A DNA stretch of 64,000 nucleotides, taken from NCBI GenBank assembly GCA_041690135.1, contig JAWLHY010000006.1, positions 64,001 to 128,000 on the forward strand, read 5' to 3'. The stretch comes from Armatimonadota bacterium (GTDB taxonomy: Bacteria; Armatimonadota; SYMT01). This document shows positions 30,708 to 39,886 of the stretch, piece after piece. The translations under genes were made by a program, and so were the position numbers. The number at the start of each line of letters is the position of its first letter. The first letter of the stretch is position 1. The notes beneath the pieces are model-generated. The model did not search any database and was not told where the DNA came from. It saw only the letters and a list, made by a program, of their open reading frames with translations.

Positions 30708-32972
30708 TCAGGACCCCCGCGGTGTCTGTTCGATCACCACGACCTCGCCGGTGCGGGGCTTGATCTTGTTGTACGGTACGCCGTGGGGCCAGAGCACCCG
30801 GAGGGTGGTGATGTTCTCTGCCCGCCCGAGGCCGATATGCGTTTGCGGACGGGTCACCAGCACCGCCTGGTCATCCCAGGGAGTCCGCGCCTTGAGTTCC
30901 GCGCCGATCGCGAAGCTGTTGTTTCGCTGATGCCTTGGGTTCTGCAGGCCCTGAAGCTCCACCTTCACCCAGGGGCGCCGGTTAGCGCCTACGTTGCTGA
31001 GCACGCGGAGTTGACCGTCGTCCGTCACCGCAACCAGGTCCAGATCGCCGTCCATGTCGAAATCGGTCGGGGCCACGAAGCGGGAGGGATCCGCCAGGGC
31101 CGACTCTTCCGCGCTAAAAGTTCCCAAGTCGTTGCGGTACAGTCGGAGCCCGGCGCTCCCCGCTAGCACCAGGTCGAGCCAGCTATCGTTGTTGTAGTCC
31201 GCGAACTCCGCCCAATCGTGCCGGCTGCTCTCCGTCAGTTCGGGGAGAGCATCAGGGACCACTTCGAAACCGGTACCGGTATTGTGGTAAAGGACGGTGC
31301 CATGCGGCGGCAGTCCGGTCACCACCAGGTCCCAGCGGCCGTCGCGGTCGAAGTCCGCGACGGAAGCCGCTCGCGCGCCGGGTTCTTGCCGGACCCCCCA
31401 TTCTTCCGTGGCGTTCCGGAAGCGATCTTGCCGCCGGTTCAGAAAGAGCTGGCTGCCCCCTTCGGAACGCACCACGAACAGGTCCGGATCCCCGTCATCA
31501 TCGAAGTCGCCAAACACGGACTGGCGCGCGCCCTGCGAGGGCATTTTCAGTCCCGCGGATGCGGTCAGATCGGTGAACGTGAAGTTGCCGTTGTTCCGTA
31601 AGTAGCGGACTGCCGGCTGGTCGGGGGCCGTACTCGCCCTGACGATATCCAGGTCGCCATCCTGATCCAGATCCACGGGCAGGGCGCTTCCTGGGCCCTC
31701 ACCCGCCGTCTTGGGGCCCTGGCGCCACGCGCCCTTCGCGTTGCCCTGGTAGGTGATGCCATTCTGCCCGGTCGTTCCCCGGACGGGGTTGATCCAGACC
31801 CGGTCGCCGTCTTCCGCGGCAACGTACAGATCGAGCGTAAAGTCGTTGTTGAGATCGGCCAACTGGGGGGAATTGGCCGTTGCGGGTACGCGGGCGGAGC
31901 TCTTGAAGGCGTCCGGAGTGTTCCACAGGATGCCCTGGGGCGGCGCCCCAACCACCAGTTCAGGACGGTCCTGCGCGCGCGAGCGCTCCCCGCCCGCCGC
32001 CGTCATCTGACCGGCCTCCTCCCAGAGGTCGATATCACCGGCAGTAACCGGAGCGATTCCCGCCAGGGCGAGAGAGCCCAGCCCCAGTTCCTGGGTCCGG
32101 TCTTTCCACTCGATCTTGATATCGAGCAACGGCGGCTCCGGCAGGGGCGGCGGCGGAGTGCTCCATTCACGCATCGCCAACTCCGCGGGGTCGTTCTCGT
32201 TACCGTAGAGCGCGTTCTGGTCCTGACCGTACACCGGGCTCAACTTGAGAGTGTTCACCAACTGACGAACCACGGAGCCGGCTGAAGGGCTCTGCTGGCT
32301 GAGAGCCTGCCGGGCACTCGTATAAAGCTCTTTGGAGGGGGCGGGAAGCTGCGGAAGCAGGGCGGGAAGGCGCTGGAGCGTGGTCAACGCGCCTTCGTGC
32401 TCGCCTCGCAACGACTGGGCCTCGAGCCAGAAGGCCTGCGCCGCCAGGTTGCGCGGCGCCAACTCCGCGAGGCGCTTCTTCAGGTCATGGATCCGGGGGT
32501 TGGGCTCTCCCGGCCGGGATTCCAGGTGCTGGATCAGGGCCCCGAGCGCACGCGAGCTCCTGGGCTCGACTTCCACCGCCTTTTCTAGCGCCGCGGTGGC
32601 CAGCTCCGGGTTTCCCGCCGCCCGGTGCAGCCGTGCCTGCACGAGGTGAGGGAGAGCCGCATTCGGCATCAGCCTCACCCCCCGGTTGGCGTCTTCCAGG
32701 GCTTCTTTTACGGAATTGGGCGACCCCAGGAGCGCCACCGCCCGGTTGACATAGCCGTAAGCGAGATTCGGCTCCAGCTTCTGGATCTGCTCGAATTCAT
32801 CCGCCGCGTCGACGCGCTGCTCATTCTCCAGGAGCGCGATCCCTAGCAGCCGGTGCTGATTGACCCTTCCGTACTTCTCCGGGGTGAGCCCCTTCCATGG
32901 TTGCCCGCCCCCACAACCGGCAAGCAGGGTACCGCCGGCGGCAAGCGCGAAGAGCTGCGGCAGGACACGCAT
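30708..32972 (-). CDS. Lipoprotein with TPR, FG-GAP repeats and ASPIC/UnbV domain (CRTAC1-like)
   Basis: Lipobox LAGC; TPRs; DxDxDGDxD repeats; NSFAIGA...HIGLG...VLWP. Confidence 0.85.
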   Translation of the reverse strand: MRVLPQLFALAAGGTLLAGCGGGQPWKGLTPEKYGRVNQHRLLGIALLENEQRVDAADEFEQIQKLEPNLAYGYVNRAVALLGSPNSVKEALEDANRGVRLMPNAALPHLVQARLHRAAGNPELATAALEKAVEVEPRSSRALGALIQHLESRPGEPNPRIHDLKKRLAELAPRNLAAQAFWLEAQSLRGEHEGALTTLQRLPALLPQLPAPSKELYTSARQALSQQSPSAGSVVRQLVNTLKLSPVYGQDQNALYGNENDPAELAMREWSTPPPPLPEPPLLDIKIEWKDRTQELGLGSLALAGIAPVTAGDIDLWEEAGQMTAAGGERSRAQDRPELVVGAPPQGILWNTPDAFKSSARVPATANSPQLADLNNDFTLDLYVAAEDGDRVWINPVRGTTGQNGITYQGNAKGAWRQGPKTAGEGPGSALPVDLDQDGDLDIVRASTAPDQPAVRYLRNNGNFTFTDLTASAGLKMPSQGARQSVFGDFDDDGDPDLFVVRSEGGSQLFLNRRQDRFRNATEEWGVRQEPGARAASVADFDRDGRWDLVVTGLPPHGTVLYHNTGTGFEVVPDALPELTESSRHDWAEFADYNNDSWLDLVLAGSAGLRLYRNDLGTFSAEESALADPSRFVAPTDFDMDGDLDLVAVTDDGQLRVLSNVGANRRPWVKVELQGLQNPRHQRNNSFAIGAELKARTPWDDQAVLVTRPQTHIGLGRAENITTLRVLWPHGVPYNKIKPRTGEVVVIEQTPRGS

Positions 32973-32977
32973 GAGGG

Positions 32978-34648
32978 TCAATACTCCGAATACTCCAACT
33001 GTTCGCAGGCGTTGCCCCACAGCAGTGCAACGAGGAACGCACATACCACGGTCCAAACGACAGAGATGCCGCGACCATCCATCAACTGTTGACGCATCGC
33101 CGCCTCGGGAGCCGCCGCGGCCGCGGCGATCCAGAACGGCCCGCCGGGAAACGCCACGAAGATGGCCGTCAGTCCATAAGCCCAGAACTTGGCGACGCCC
33201 GCCTTGGGCCAGATGGAGGATTGGGCCAACCCGATGAATGCCGAGACGACCATCGTCACCACGACCAGTGCGTAAACGAGCAGCACCTGGCGTCCATCCG
33301 CGCCATGGAAGAGATAACACAGCCCGAACAACGGGAGGGAGGGACTGATGAGCAGACTGAGGACCGAGACCGCTCCCAACAGCTTGCCGATCATGATCTC
33401 ACGCGGGCGCATGGGGGTCGCGATCAGCATCTCCAGCGATCCCTGGGCGCGTTCCTGCGTCACCACGTCCGAGGTCAGGTTCGGCGCCACCAGGGCCACC
33501 AGCGCCACCAGCGTCATGGTCAGCCAGAAGAACACGTTCCGGGCCGCACGGGCCGTCTGGAGCGGATCCGAAAGATCGCTCGCCGTCATGATCAACGGCA
33601 CGAAGGCGCCGGCCGCCACCGCGATCGATGCAAAGAAGATGAACTCCGCCGTGTCCTTGCTCCGGAGGCGGGTGCGGATATCGCGCGTCCAGACGGGATT
33701 CCGGAATCCCTTCCAGTAGAACTCCTCGCCGGCTTCCTCCCCCACCTCTCGTGGCTTTTCGTCGAGGGCATCGGGGTCTTCCACCAGGATCAGGTAACCC
33801 CTCGCCGCGACCCAGGCGCCGAAGGCCGCCACCGCCGCCAACAGGAGGGCATACAGAAGCGATGCCTGCCAGTGGCTGATTTCCCAGCCCAGGCTCTGGC
33901 GGAAGGTACGGTTCCACCAGTTGGGCGAAGAAGCCGCATAGACCGGCGAAACGGGCGCCACTAGAGAGATGGCCTTCACGATCCGCTGCGGGTGCTCGTC
34001 CCAGTTCCGCTGCCACCCCTTCTCCACCGTTTCGATCCGCAGCCAGAGACCCAGAACCAGCACCGCCAGTGCGGCGATAGTGGGGTAGAAGGAAACGCGC
34101 CGGGCCAGGTTGTGGCTCACGAAAAACGCCGCGGCTCCCAGGGCCCCTCCCACTCCCGCGCAGAGCGGGGTGAGACCCAGGTACAGGAGGACCTGCCACC
34201 AGGCGGTGCGCGTCAACAAGGCGGCTGCCACCCCGACCGCCAGCGGGATCGCGACTAGCGCCATACCGAACACGGCCGACATGGCCACCGTGGTGACCGC
34301 CGCCCGGGCCGGAACCTGGCGGCTGAGCAGCCATGTGTGGAAGGTATGCAGCCGCTTCTCCTGGTTCCACAGGGCCTGCGCGCGCAGGTAAGCGCCGATC
34401 CCCGCACCCGCGACGCAGGTCGCCAGTAGCAGCGCCGCTTTCCACCCCGGATCGAGGCTAAGCGGCGCCGCACTCCGCACGAGACCGCCCGGACCCAACA
34501 AGAACGGTAGGAGCACCCAGCCGATCAGAAACACGGCGATGCAGAAGACGAACGGCAGCCGCCCCGCCGCCAGAATCCGGCGGTACCGGCGCAGCTCAAT
34601 GATCCGCACGGCTTCGTCTAATTGGTTCAGGAACCAGCTCTCTTGCAT
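32978..34648 (-). CDS. ABC-2 type transporter permease (two permease-like halves)
   Basis: Many TM; NPVWTRDIR, ERAQGSLEMLIATP...GKL. Confidence 0.8.
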   Translation of the reverse strand: MQESWFLNQLDEAVRIIELRRYRRILAAGRLPFVFCIAVFLIGWVLLPFLLGPGGLVRSAAPLSLDPGWKAALLLATCVAGAGIGAYLRAQALWNQEKRLHTFHTWLLSRQVPARAAVTTVAMSAVFGMALVAIPLAVGVAAALLTRTAWWQVLLYLGLTPLCAGVGGALGAAAFFVSHNLARRVSFYPTIAALAVLVLGLWLRIETVEKGWQRNWDEHPQRIVKAISLVAPVSPVYAASSPNWWNRTFRQSLGWEISHWQASLLYALLLAAVAAFGAWVAARGYLILVEDPDALDEKPREVGEEAGEEFYWKGFRNPVWTRDIRTRLRSKDTAEFIFFASIAVAAGAFVPLIMTASDLSDPLQTARAARNVFFWLTMTLVALVALVAPNLTSDVVTQERAQGSLEMLIATPMRPREIMIGKLLGAVSVLSLLISPSLPLFGLCYLFHGADGRQVLLVYALVVVTMVVSAFIGLAQSSIWPKAGVAKFWAYGLTAIFVAFPGGPFWIAAAAAAPEAAMRQQLMDGRGISVVWTVVCAFLVALLWGNACEQLEYSEY

Positions 34649-34714
34649 GTTGGCTAGACGGCTAAACCCTATCGACCACGTTGAACAGCAGTGGGGCGGA
34701 TTGTTTGCCGCCCC

Positions 34715-34744
34715 CTCACCCTAATCGTAATCCTCATCCTAATC
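34715..34744. repeat. Hexamer array including the stop codon of the 34739-36832 gene
   Basis: CTCACC CTAATC GTAATC CTCATC CTAATC. Confidence 0.75.
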
Positions 34745-36832
34745 CACGTAACCCCTGGGGATGCGGACGACGAGCAGGGCGCCGCGGTTGTTGAAGGAAA
34801 CTCCATCCACTTCCAGGCCACCGCGATAGTCAGGACACTCCGCCACCAGCCACGCCTCATTGCGACCGCCGCGCCCCGCCGGATCTCCGCTTTCTCCGAG
34901 AATCAGGCTTTCCGGAGAACTCCAGAGGCGGGCCACGCTCTCCTGAAAGCGGCGGTTCTCCAGCGCGGCGCCGGTGCCGGCGAGGTCTTTTGCCGCCTCC
35001 AATTCCTTCACCCACTTATCCGCGTCGACCTGGACCTGGGTGCCCGGCTGAAGTTCCCCCAGCATCTGGTAACGACGGCGGCGGTAGAGGTAAGCGTTGC
35101 GCAGCGGCACCTGGGTGCCGTTCTTAACCGTGCCCGCGAGACGGCCGTCCAGGCGGATTTCCAGCGACCCACCCAGGTCGCGAGGCCGACGCTGTTCCAG
35201 CAGGCGGACCGAAAAAAGCTGGAGCGCCACGGCATCCCAGCGGACCGTACCGTCTTCCTGATGCGTCGGCCAGGACAGGTCGAGCGCCCCACCCACGTCG
35301 CTGGCCTCCGCCACCGCGCCAGCGGACATCTCCGCACCGGTCGCCGCCACTCCCTGGTCGGCAAGTTCGGGGGCGGCATCATCCACCGCCAGATCGAAAG
35401 ACCGGTTGGTGGGACTGAAGAGGCCCACATAGTTGTACTCGCTGGCCGTGCGACCTCCCGCCGACGTGGACAACACGGAAAGGCTGTTCAGCACGATGCG
35501 CGCGTTGCCCCAGCGCTGGCCGACGAAGAGGACCAGCAGGGTCATCCCCAGCGCGAGAGCCGGCATGAAGAGCCACGATTTGACCGTCCGCCGGAGCCGC
35601 CGGAGAACCCAGATGTTGAGGGGGCCGAAGATCACGGCGTACACGACCCCAAACACCCCGACCGCCAGTAACGGCGGCGCGGGAAGCTTCGGCAGCGACG
35701 CGGCCGCCTGTCGTCCCTCCTCCGCGCCAGGAGGCAACTCGGGCACTTCGGTTCCGCCTCGGGCCAGTTCGATCAGGCGCTCCCAGAACGGGAAGTAGCC
35801 ATCCCACCCGACCCGCAGGTTTTCGCGGAACGGATCGAAACCAAGCCAGACCACCCGCCCGTGGACGGCGGAACGGACGACGATGAGGGGGCGGTTGCCT
35901 TCCCGCCGCACGTCGATGGCACCGGTATTCAGCGGACCGCTGAGGGTCAGAATGCTCCCGGTACGACCCTCGTAGGCCGTGCCGCCCAGTTCGGCCACGC
36001 AATCGAGCCGCGGCTCCGAAGCGATCTCGGTGGGCACTACCCCCGCCAGCGCGCGACCCTCCGGATCGCTCCACTCCGCCGTCCTCTCGCCGCAGAGGAT
36101 TGCTTTCCCGCCACGCTCCACCCAGATGCGGAGCGCACGCTTCTGATCGTCGCTCATCGCGGACCACGCAGTGCCGTTCAGGGCCACCAGGTCCGCTGGT
36201 TCGTATCCCGGCCACTGGGTGGGTAGCTGTTCCGCCGGACGATGCACGACCTTGAACTTCTCGTCGTCGGCCACAAACTGGAGGCCAGCCCCCTCACCCG
36301 AAGCGCTGAGCACCAGGGCTGCATCTGTTACATAACTGGGCGTCAGGACTTCCCTCGCGATCATCCGGCGCCCCGAGAACACCAACAACTCACCCGATGC
36401 GAGTTGCGCGTTGGTATCGTCCCGGTTGAGGCGTGCGAATAGCGTGTACTGCTTCTGGCCGCCCTTCGGCAGATCGATCGGCATGTCGGTGACACGCACC
36501 GCACCAGGTCCGAAGCTGCGCAGTTCGATACGACCGGTGAACCCCTCCTCGTTGTTGGCGAGGTCTACCTGAACCGGCGTGATATGCCCTTCTCGGGTGG
36601 TGTTGTCATGACCCACCCGCACTACCAGGTTCACGGGCGGCGGCTTCTCGGGCTTCCTGGATCGGCGGACCGGCTCCTCGCCCGCGCCCCCTCCTCCTGG
36701 AGCTGTTTGCGATGGCGCCTGGGCGAACACCGCCGGCACGCTTGCCAGCGCCGCCACGGCCCCCGCCAGGACGAGGAAGCGAAGCGGACGCACGCAGCGG
36801 GAGGTTTTCAGACTCATCAACAAGGCCTTCAT
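34739..36832 (-). CDS. Secreted/membrane accessory protein of ABC operon (GATase-like domain, 2 TM)
   Basis: Signal peptide; WVERGG, GRVVWLGFD, YAVIFGPLN. Confidence 0.75.
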   Translation of the reverse strand: MKALLMSLKTSRCVRPLRFLVLAGAVAALASVPAVFAQAPSQTAPGGGGAGEEPVRRSRKPEKPPPVNLVVRVGHDNTTREGHITPVQVDLANNEEGFTGRIELRSFGPGAVRVTDMPIDLPKGGQKQYTLFARLNRDDTNAQLASGELLVFSGRRMIAREVLTPSYVTDAALVLSASGEGAGLQFVADDEKFKVVHRPAEQLPTQWPGYEPADLVALNGTAWSAMSDDQKRALRIWVERGGKAILCGERTAEWSDPEGRALAGVVPTEIASEPRLDCVAELGGTAYEGRTGSILTLSGPLNTGAIDVRREGNRPLIVVRSAVHGRVVWLGFDPFRENLRVGWDGYFPFWERLIELARGGTEVPELPPGAEEGRQAAASLPKLPAPPLLAVGVFGVVYAVIFGPLNIWVLRRLRRTVKSWLFMPALALGMTLLVLFVGQRWGNARIVLNSLSVLSTSAGGRTASEYNYVGLFSPTNRSFDLAVDDAAPELADQGVAATGAEMSAGAVAEASDVGGALDLSWPTHQEDGTVRWDAVALQLFSVRLLEQRRPRDLGGSLEIRLDGRLAGTVKNGTQVPLRNAYLYRRRRYQMLGELQPGTQVQVDADKWVKELEAAKDLAGTGAALENRRFQESVARLWSSPESLILGESGDPAGRGGRNEAWLVAECPDYRGGLEVDGVSFNNRGALLVVRIPRGYVD

Positions 36833-36976
36833 GGATTGGGGCGCTTACTCCCGGAACCCCGGTTCGCCTACACAGTCTACGATTCCCGTCCTCTTGCCAT
36901 CACACCTCTTCCAGGATCCTGGAATGAGAATGCACCGGCGGTTTGGTCCGGACGGCTCGGCAGGTATCTCCAAGTG

Positions 36977-37714
36977 ATGAATAACCGCTTGCTGATAATC
37001 GCTACTGTAGCCCTGGCGTTCATCGTGCCCCCAGTCGTCTTGCTGGTCACCCGCCGAATCGAGGTGTTCACCGCGACGATGACGGTAAGCCTTCTCGTCC
37101 TCTACCTGGTGGGCTGGCAGGCGATGCGTGCCGCCGTGCGGAGTTACTACGAAAAGGAACTCTCCTACACCTGGATCGACCCGCCGCTGGCCTACAGCGA
37201 CCTGCCGCGGGGTTACCACGAAGAACTGGAAGGACTGGGATACCACCCGGCCGGCTTTCTCCAGCGGAAGGGCCTGGCCGACATGCAAACCGCGGTGTAC
37301 GTCCATCGGGAGCTGCCGATCTACGTTCTCGTCGGCCTGGAGCGCTCAGGAGACTCGTGGGCGACCGCGGTCCTACAGTTCGATACCTTCTATCCCGATG
37401 GCAGCCGCCTGTCCACTACCACCAGCAAGACCTTCGCGCATCTAAGTGCCGGAGTGAAAGGCGAGACGACGCGCCTGGTACAGCTCCGGGAGACCGGCTC
37501 CCCCACGGCCCTGGACGGACAACACGTGGGGACCGTGCGTGCCTGGCTGGCCGGAAAGCGAGACCCCATCCCAGCGAACCCCGACCGCCTGATCGAGTAC
37601 CTGGAGCAGGACCGCCGACGCCTGCGGGATACCCTCCGTTCCTCCGGGTGGGTGCCGTTCCCGGCATTTCTGCAGACCGTCCTCGGCCGCCGCCCCGGCA
37701 TCCTCCGCTTCTAG
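36977..37714 (+). CDS. Hypothetical membrane protein
   Basis: Two N-terminal TM then globular domain. Confidence 0.65.
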   Translation: MNNRLLIIATVALAFIVPPVVLLVTRRIEVFTATMTVSLLVLYLVGWQAMRAAVRSYYEKELSYTWIDPPLAYSDLPRGYHEELEGLGYHPAGFLQRKGLADMQTAVYVHRELPIYVLVGLERSGDSWATAVLQFDTFYPDGSRLSTTTSKTFAHLSAGVKGETTRLVQLRETGSPTALDGQHVGTVRAWLAGKRDPIPANPDRLIEYLEQDRRRLRDTLRSSGWVPFPAFLQTVLGRRPGILRF

Positions 37715-37765
37715 CCTCGCCAAAGAACCCGTCAATAGCCTCGTATAATCAATAAGATAGAGGCC

Positions 37766-38533
37766 ATGTCAGAACCCTTCTACCGCAACCGGCCCGGGGT
37801 CCACCGCCGGTGGATCCAGTACACGCACGACTCCGAACCCTCGGCGGACGCCTTCCTCCGTGCCGGAGTTTCCGGCGCGTACTTGCCGCGCCTGCGGTTG
37901 GAAGTTCCGCATCACCCGCAAACCCGCGTGTCGCACAGCCTTCCGCAGTGCCTCGCGATGGTCCTCGAGTACCAGGGACGGCGGATGGATCCGGATACTC
38001 TCGCTTTCCTCCTGCGCACCGACGAGGCTCACGGCACACCCGGTCGCAACCTGCTCTGGCTCCGGGCGTGGGGAATCCACACGGACTTTCCCGAGGACCT
38101 TCAGTTCTTCCGCGACGGCACGGACCGGCTCAACCAGCGCCTGGAGGTCGGCAGGCACCGTCTTGTCTACCGGTGGGAAGAGCAGTGGCTACGCTACCTC
38201 ACCACCAGCCTCCGGGAGGGTGTTCCGCCGGTTCTCTTCGTCGACCTGGGCCGCCTCAGCCGCCGGTGGCGCGGACTTCAACAACGGCACGCCGTCGTGC
38301 TTTCCGGCGGCGACGGGCGACAGGCCTGGATCAACGACCCCGCATGCGAAACCGGGCCGATCCGCATCGGGCTCTCCACGCTAATGGATGCCCTGCTGCC
38401 GGGTGAACCCCTGGCGGCGAGGATCACAACCTCTCCGCGGCTCGCCGCTTCCTCTCGCTCCCAACCGGGCGCCGCGGACACGGAGTTTCCCGAACTCTCG
38501 GAGCGCAACGAATCCGAGGAAGGCTCATTGTGA
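37766..38533 (+). CDS. Peptidase C39-like protein (predicted catalytic Cys replaced by Ser)
   Basis: PQTRVSHSLPQCLAMVL, HAVVLSG, WINDPA. Confidence 0.65.
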   Translation: MSEPFYRNRPGVHRRWIQYTHDSEPSADAFLRAGVSGAYLPRLRLEVPHHPQTRVSHSLPQCLAMVLEYQGRRMDPDTLAFLLRTDEAHGTPGRNLLWLRAWGIHTDFPEDLQFFRDGTDRLNQRLEVGRHRLVYRWEEQWLRYLTTSLREGVPPVLFVDLGRLSRRWRGLQQRHAVVLSGGDGRQAWINDPACETGPIRIGLSTLMDALLPGEPLAARITTSPRLAASSRSQPGAADTEFPELSERNESEEGSL

Positions 38534-38573
38534 AATCCATTTCCCCGGCTCGCCCAATCCCTGAACGCATCCC

Positions 38574-39170
38574 ATGCCTGTAGACGAGAAAGCCCTGGTC
38601 CCTCCCCGTCCCGCAGAGGACACAAGCACCCCAGCCACCAGCCCGGCTGCGAGCACGGTCCGCAACCTTCAAGAGCGCTTCGTGCTGCACTGGGGAGAAC
38701 TGGCCAGTGCCTGGGGGATCAACCGGACCATGGGCCAGATCCACGCGCTCCTTTACATCAGTCCGGAGCCCCTTTCGATGGACGAAATCATCGAGCGACT
38801 GAAGATCTCTCGCGGCAGCGCCAGCATGAACCTCCGCGCTCTGGAAGACTGGGGCGTAATTCAGCGCCTTCACTACACGGGTGATCGCCGGGAATACTTC
38901 CGCTCGCTTACCGATGTATGGGAACTCTTCAACACTATTCTCCGCGAGCGGAAGCGGCGAGAGTTCGATCCCCTGCTTCGCTCCCTACAGCAGTTCCTCG
39001 GTGAGACCTCCGATGCACCCGTGGAGCCCGAAGTCGCCGACTTCCGGGAACGCCTCGTCCGCCTCGTCACCGTCCTGGAGCAAATCCAGACTCTCTGCGA
39101 CCGCCTCATGCCCCGCGATCCCCGGGAAGTCTCCCGGCTGCTGGAGGTGAACGTGGAAGGACTGGAATGA
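38574..39170 (+). CDS. GbsR/MarR family transcriptional regulator
   Basis: WGINRTMGQIHALL, ISRGSASMNLRALEDWG, GDRREYF. Confidence 0.88.
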   Translation: MPVDEKALVPPRPAEDTSTPATSPAASTVRNLQERFVLHWGELASAWGINRTMGQIHALLYISPEPLSMDEIIERLKISRGSASMNLRALEDWGVIQRLHYTGDRREYFRSLTDVWELFNTILRERKRREFDPLLRSLQQFLGETSDAPVEPEVADFRERLVRLVTVLEQIQTLCDRLMPRDPREVSRLLEVNVEGLE

Positions 39171-39174
39171 GGGG

Positions 39175-39202
39175 CGGATAAAGATAAGGATAAAGATAAA
39201 GA
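39175..39202. repeat. Left arm of 28-bp imperfect inverted repeat (GATAAN hexamers)
   Basis: CGGATAAAGATAAGGATAAAGATAAAGA. Confidence 0.85.
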
Positions 39203-39319
39203 AGGCACCTCGCGAGCAATGTGCTTGGCGGAACCCAGGCCACCGCGCGCGAACAGTACTTGACTTGGAAACGACAGAAGTGCGGCGACTGAGCGTAGCT
39301 GGAACGTTCAGCGGTTCAA

Positions 39320-39754
39320 TCACTCAGCCTCATCTTCGGTGGGGTCGCCGGAAAACTCCGTCAGTGTTGCATCGTAGGTTTGGGAGCCATCCGAAATCTT
39401 GTAGGCTCCACTTCCGACCAGGCCGTAAAGCATCCGGACGATAGCTTGCAGGCGATGCTTGGCTGGTAGGACCTCTTCCGCAGTTAGGCGTTTGCGAACG
39501 ACAAGCACATCCAGGCAGGCAGCGCATTCCAGGGCGGAAGTCGCCGCAATCCGAAAGTAGTGAGAGCGGTCCTTCGGTGTAAATCGCCCATTACCTTCTG
39601 CAATGTTCAGGGGGATGCTCGAAGAAGCACGGTCCATCTGATCGCGAAGGTTGGGGAGAGACGCACATCGTCGCCAACAGGTTTCCCACCAACCGCATAG
39701 TGCGAGTGCTTCCTGATAGACGTCCAGCCTCTCGTGATTGAACAATGGCTGCAT
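39320..39754 (-). CDS. Four helix bundle protein (23S rRNA IVS / Avd-like family)
   Basis: FNHERLDVYQ, DQMDRASSSIPLNIAEGNGR, SALECAACLD; GGAGG RBS; more A/T-ending codons than neighbours. Confidence 0.9.
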   Translation of the reverse strand: MQPLFNHERLDVYQEALALCGWWETCWRRCASLPNLRDQMDRASSSIPLNIAEGNGRFTPKDRSHYFRIAATSALECAACLDVLVVRKRLTAEEVLPAKHRLQAIVRMLYGLVGSGAYKISDGSQTYDATLTEFSGDPTEDEAE

Positions 39755-39856
39755 CGAAGTCCTCCAGCGTGTCGCTTTCCAATCAAACTCAGCAACTCTA
39801 CCACCAGTGATGCGTAAACGAATTCCTGGCCCTAGAGCAACCTTCCGCCCGTATCC

Positions 39857-39884
39857 TCATTATCCTTATCGTTATCTTTATCCG
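39857..39884. repeat. Right arm of 28-bp imperfect inverted repeat
   Basis: TCATTATCCTTATCGTTATCTTTATCCG; reverse complement matches left arm at 25/28. Confidence 0.85.
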
Positions 39885-39886
39885 TT

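Noticed and set aside
39320-39754. Diversity-generating retroelement or rRNA intervening sequence
   Set aside because: No reverse transcriptase, TR/VR pair or rRNA in the window.
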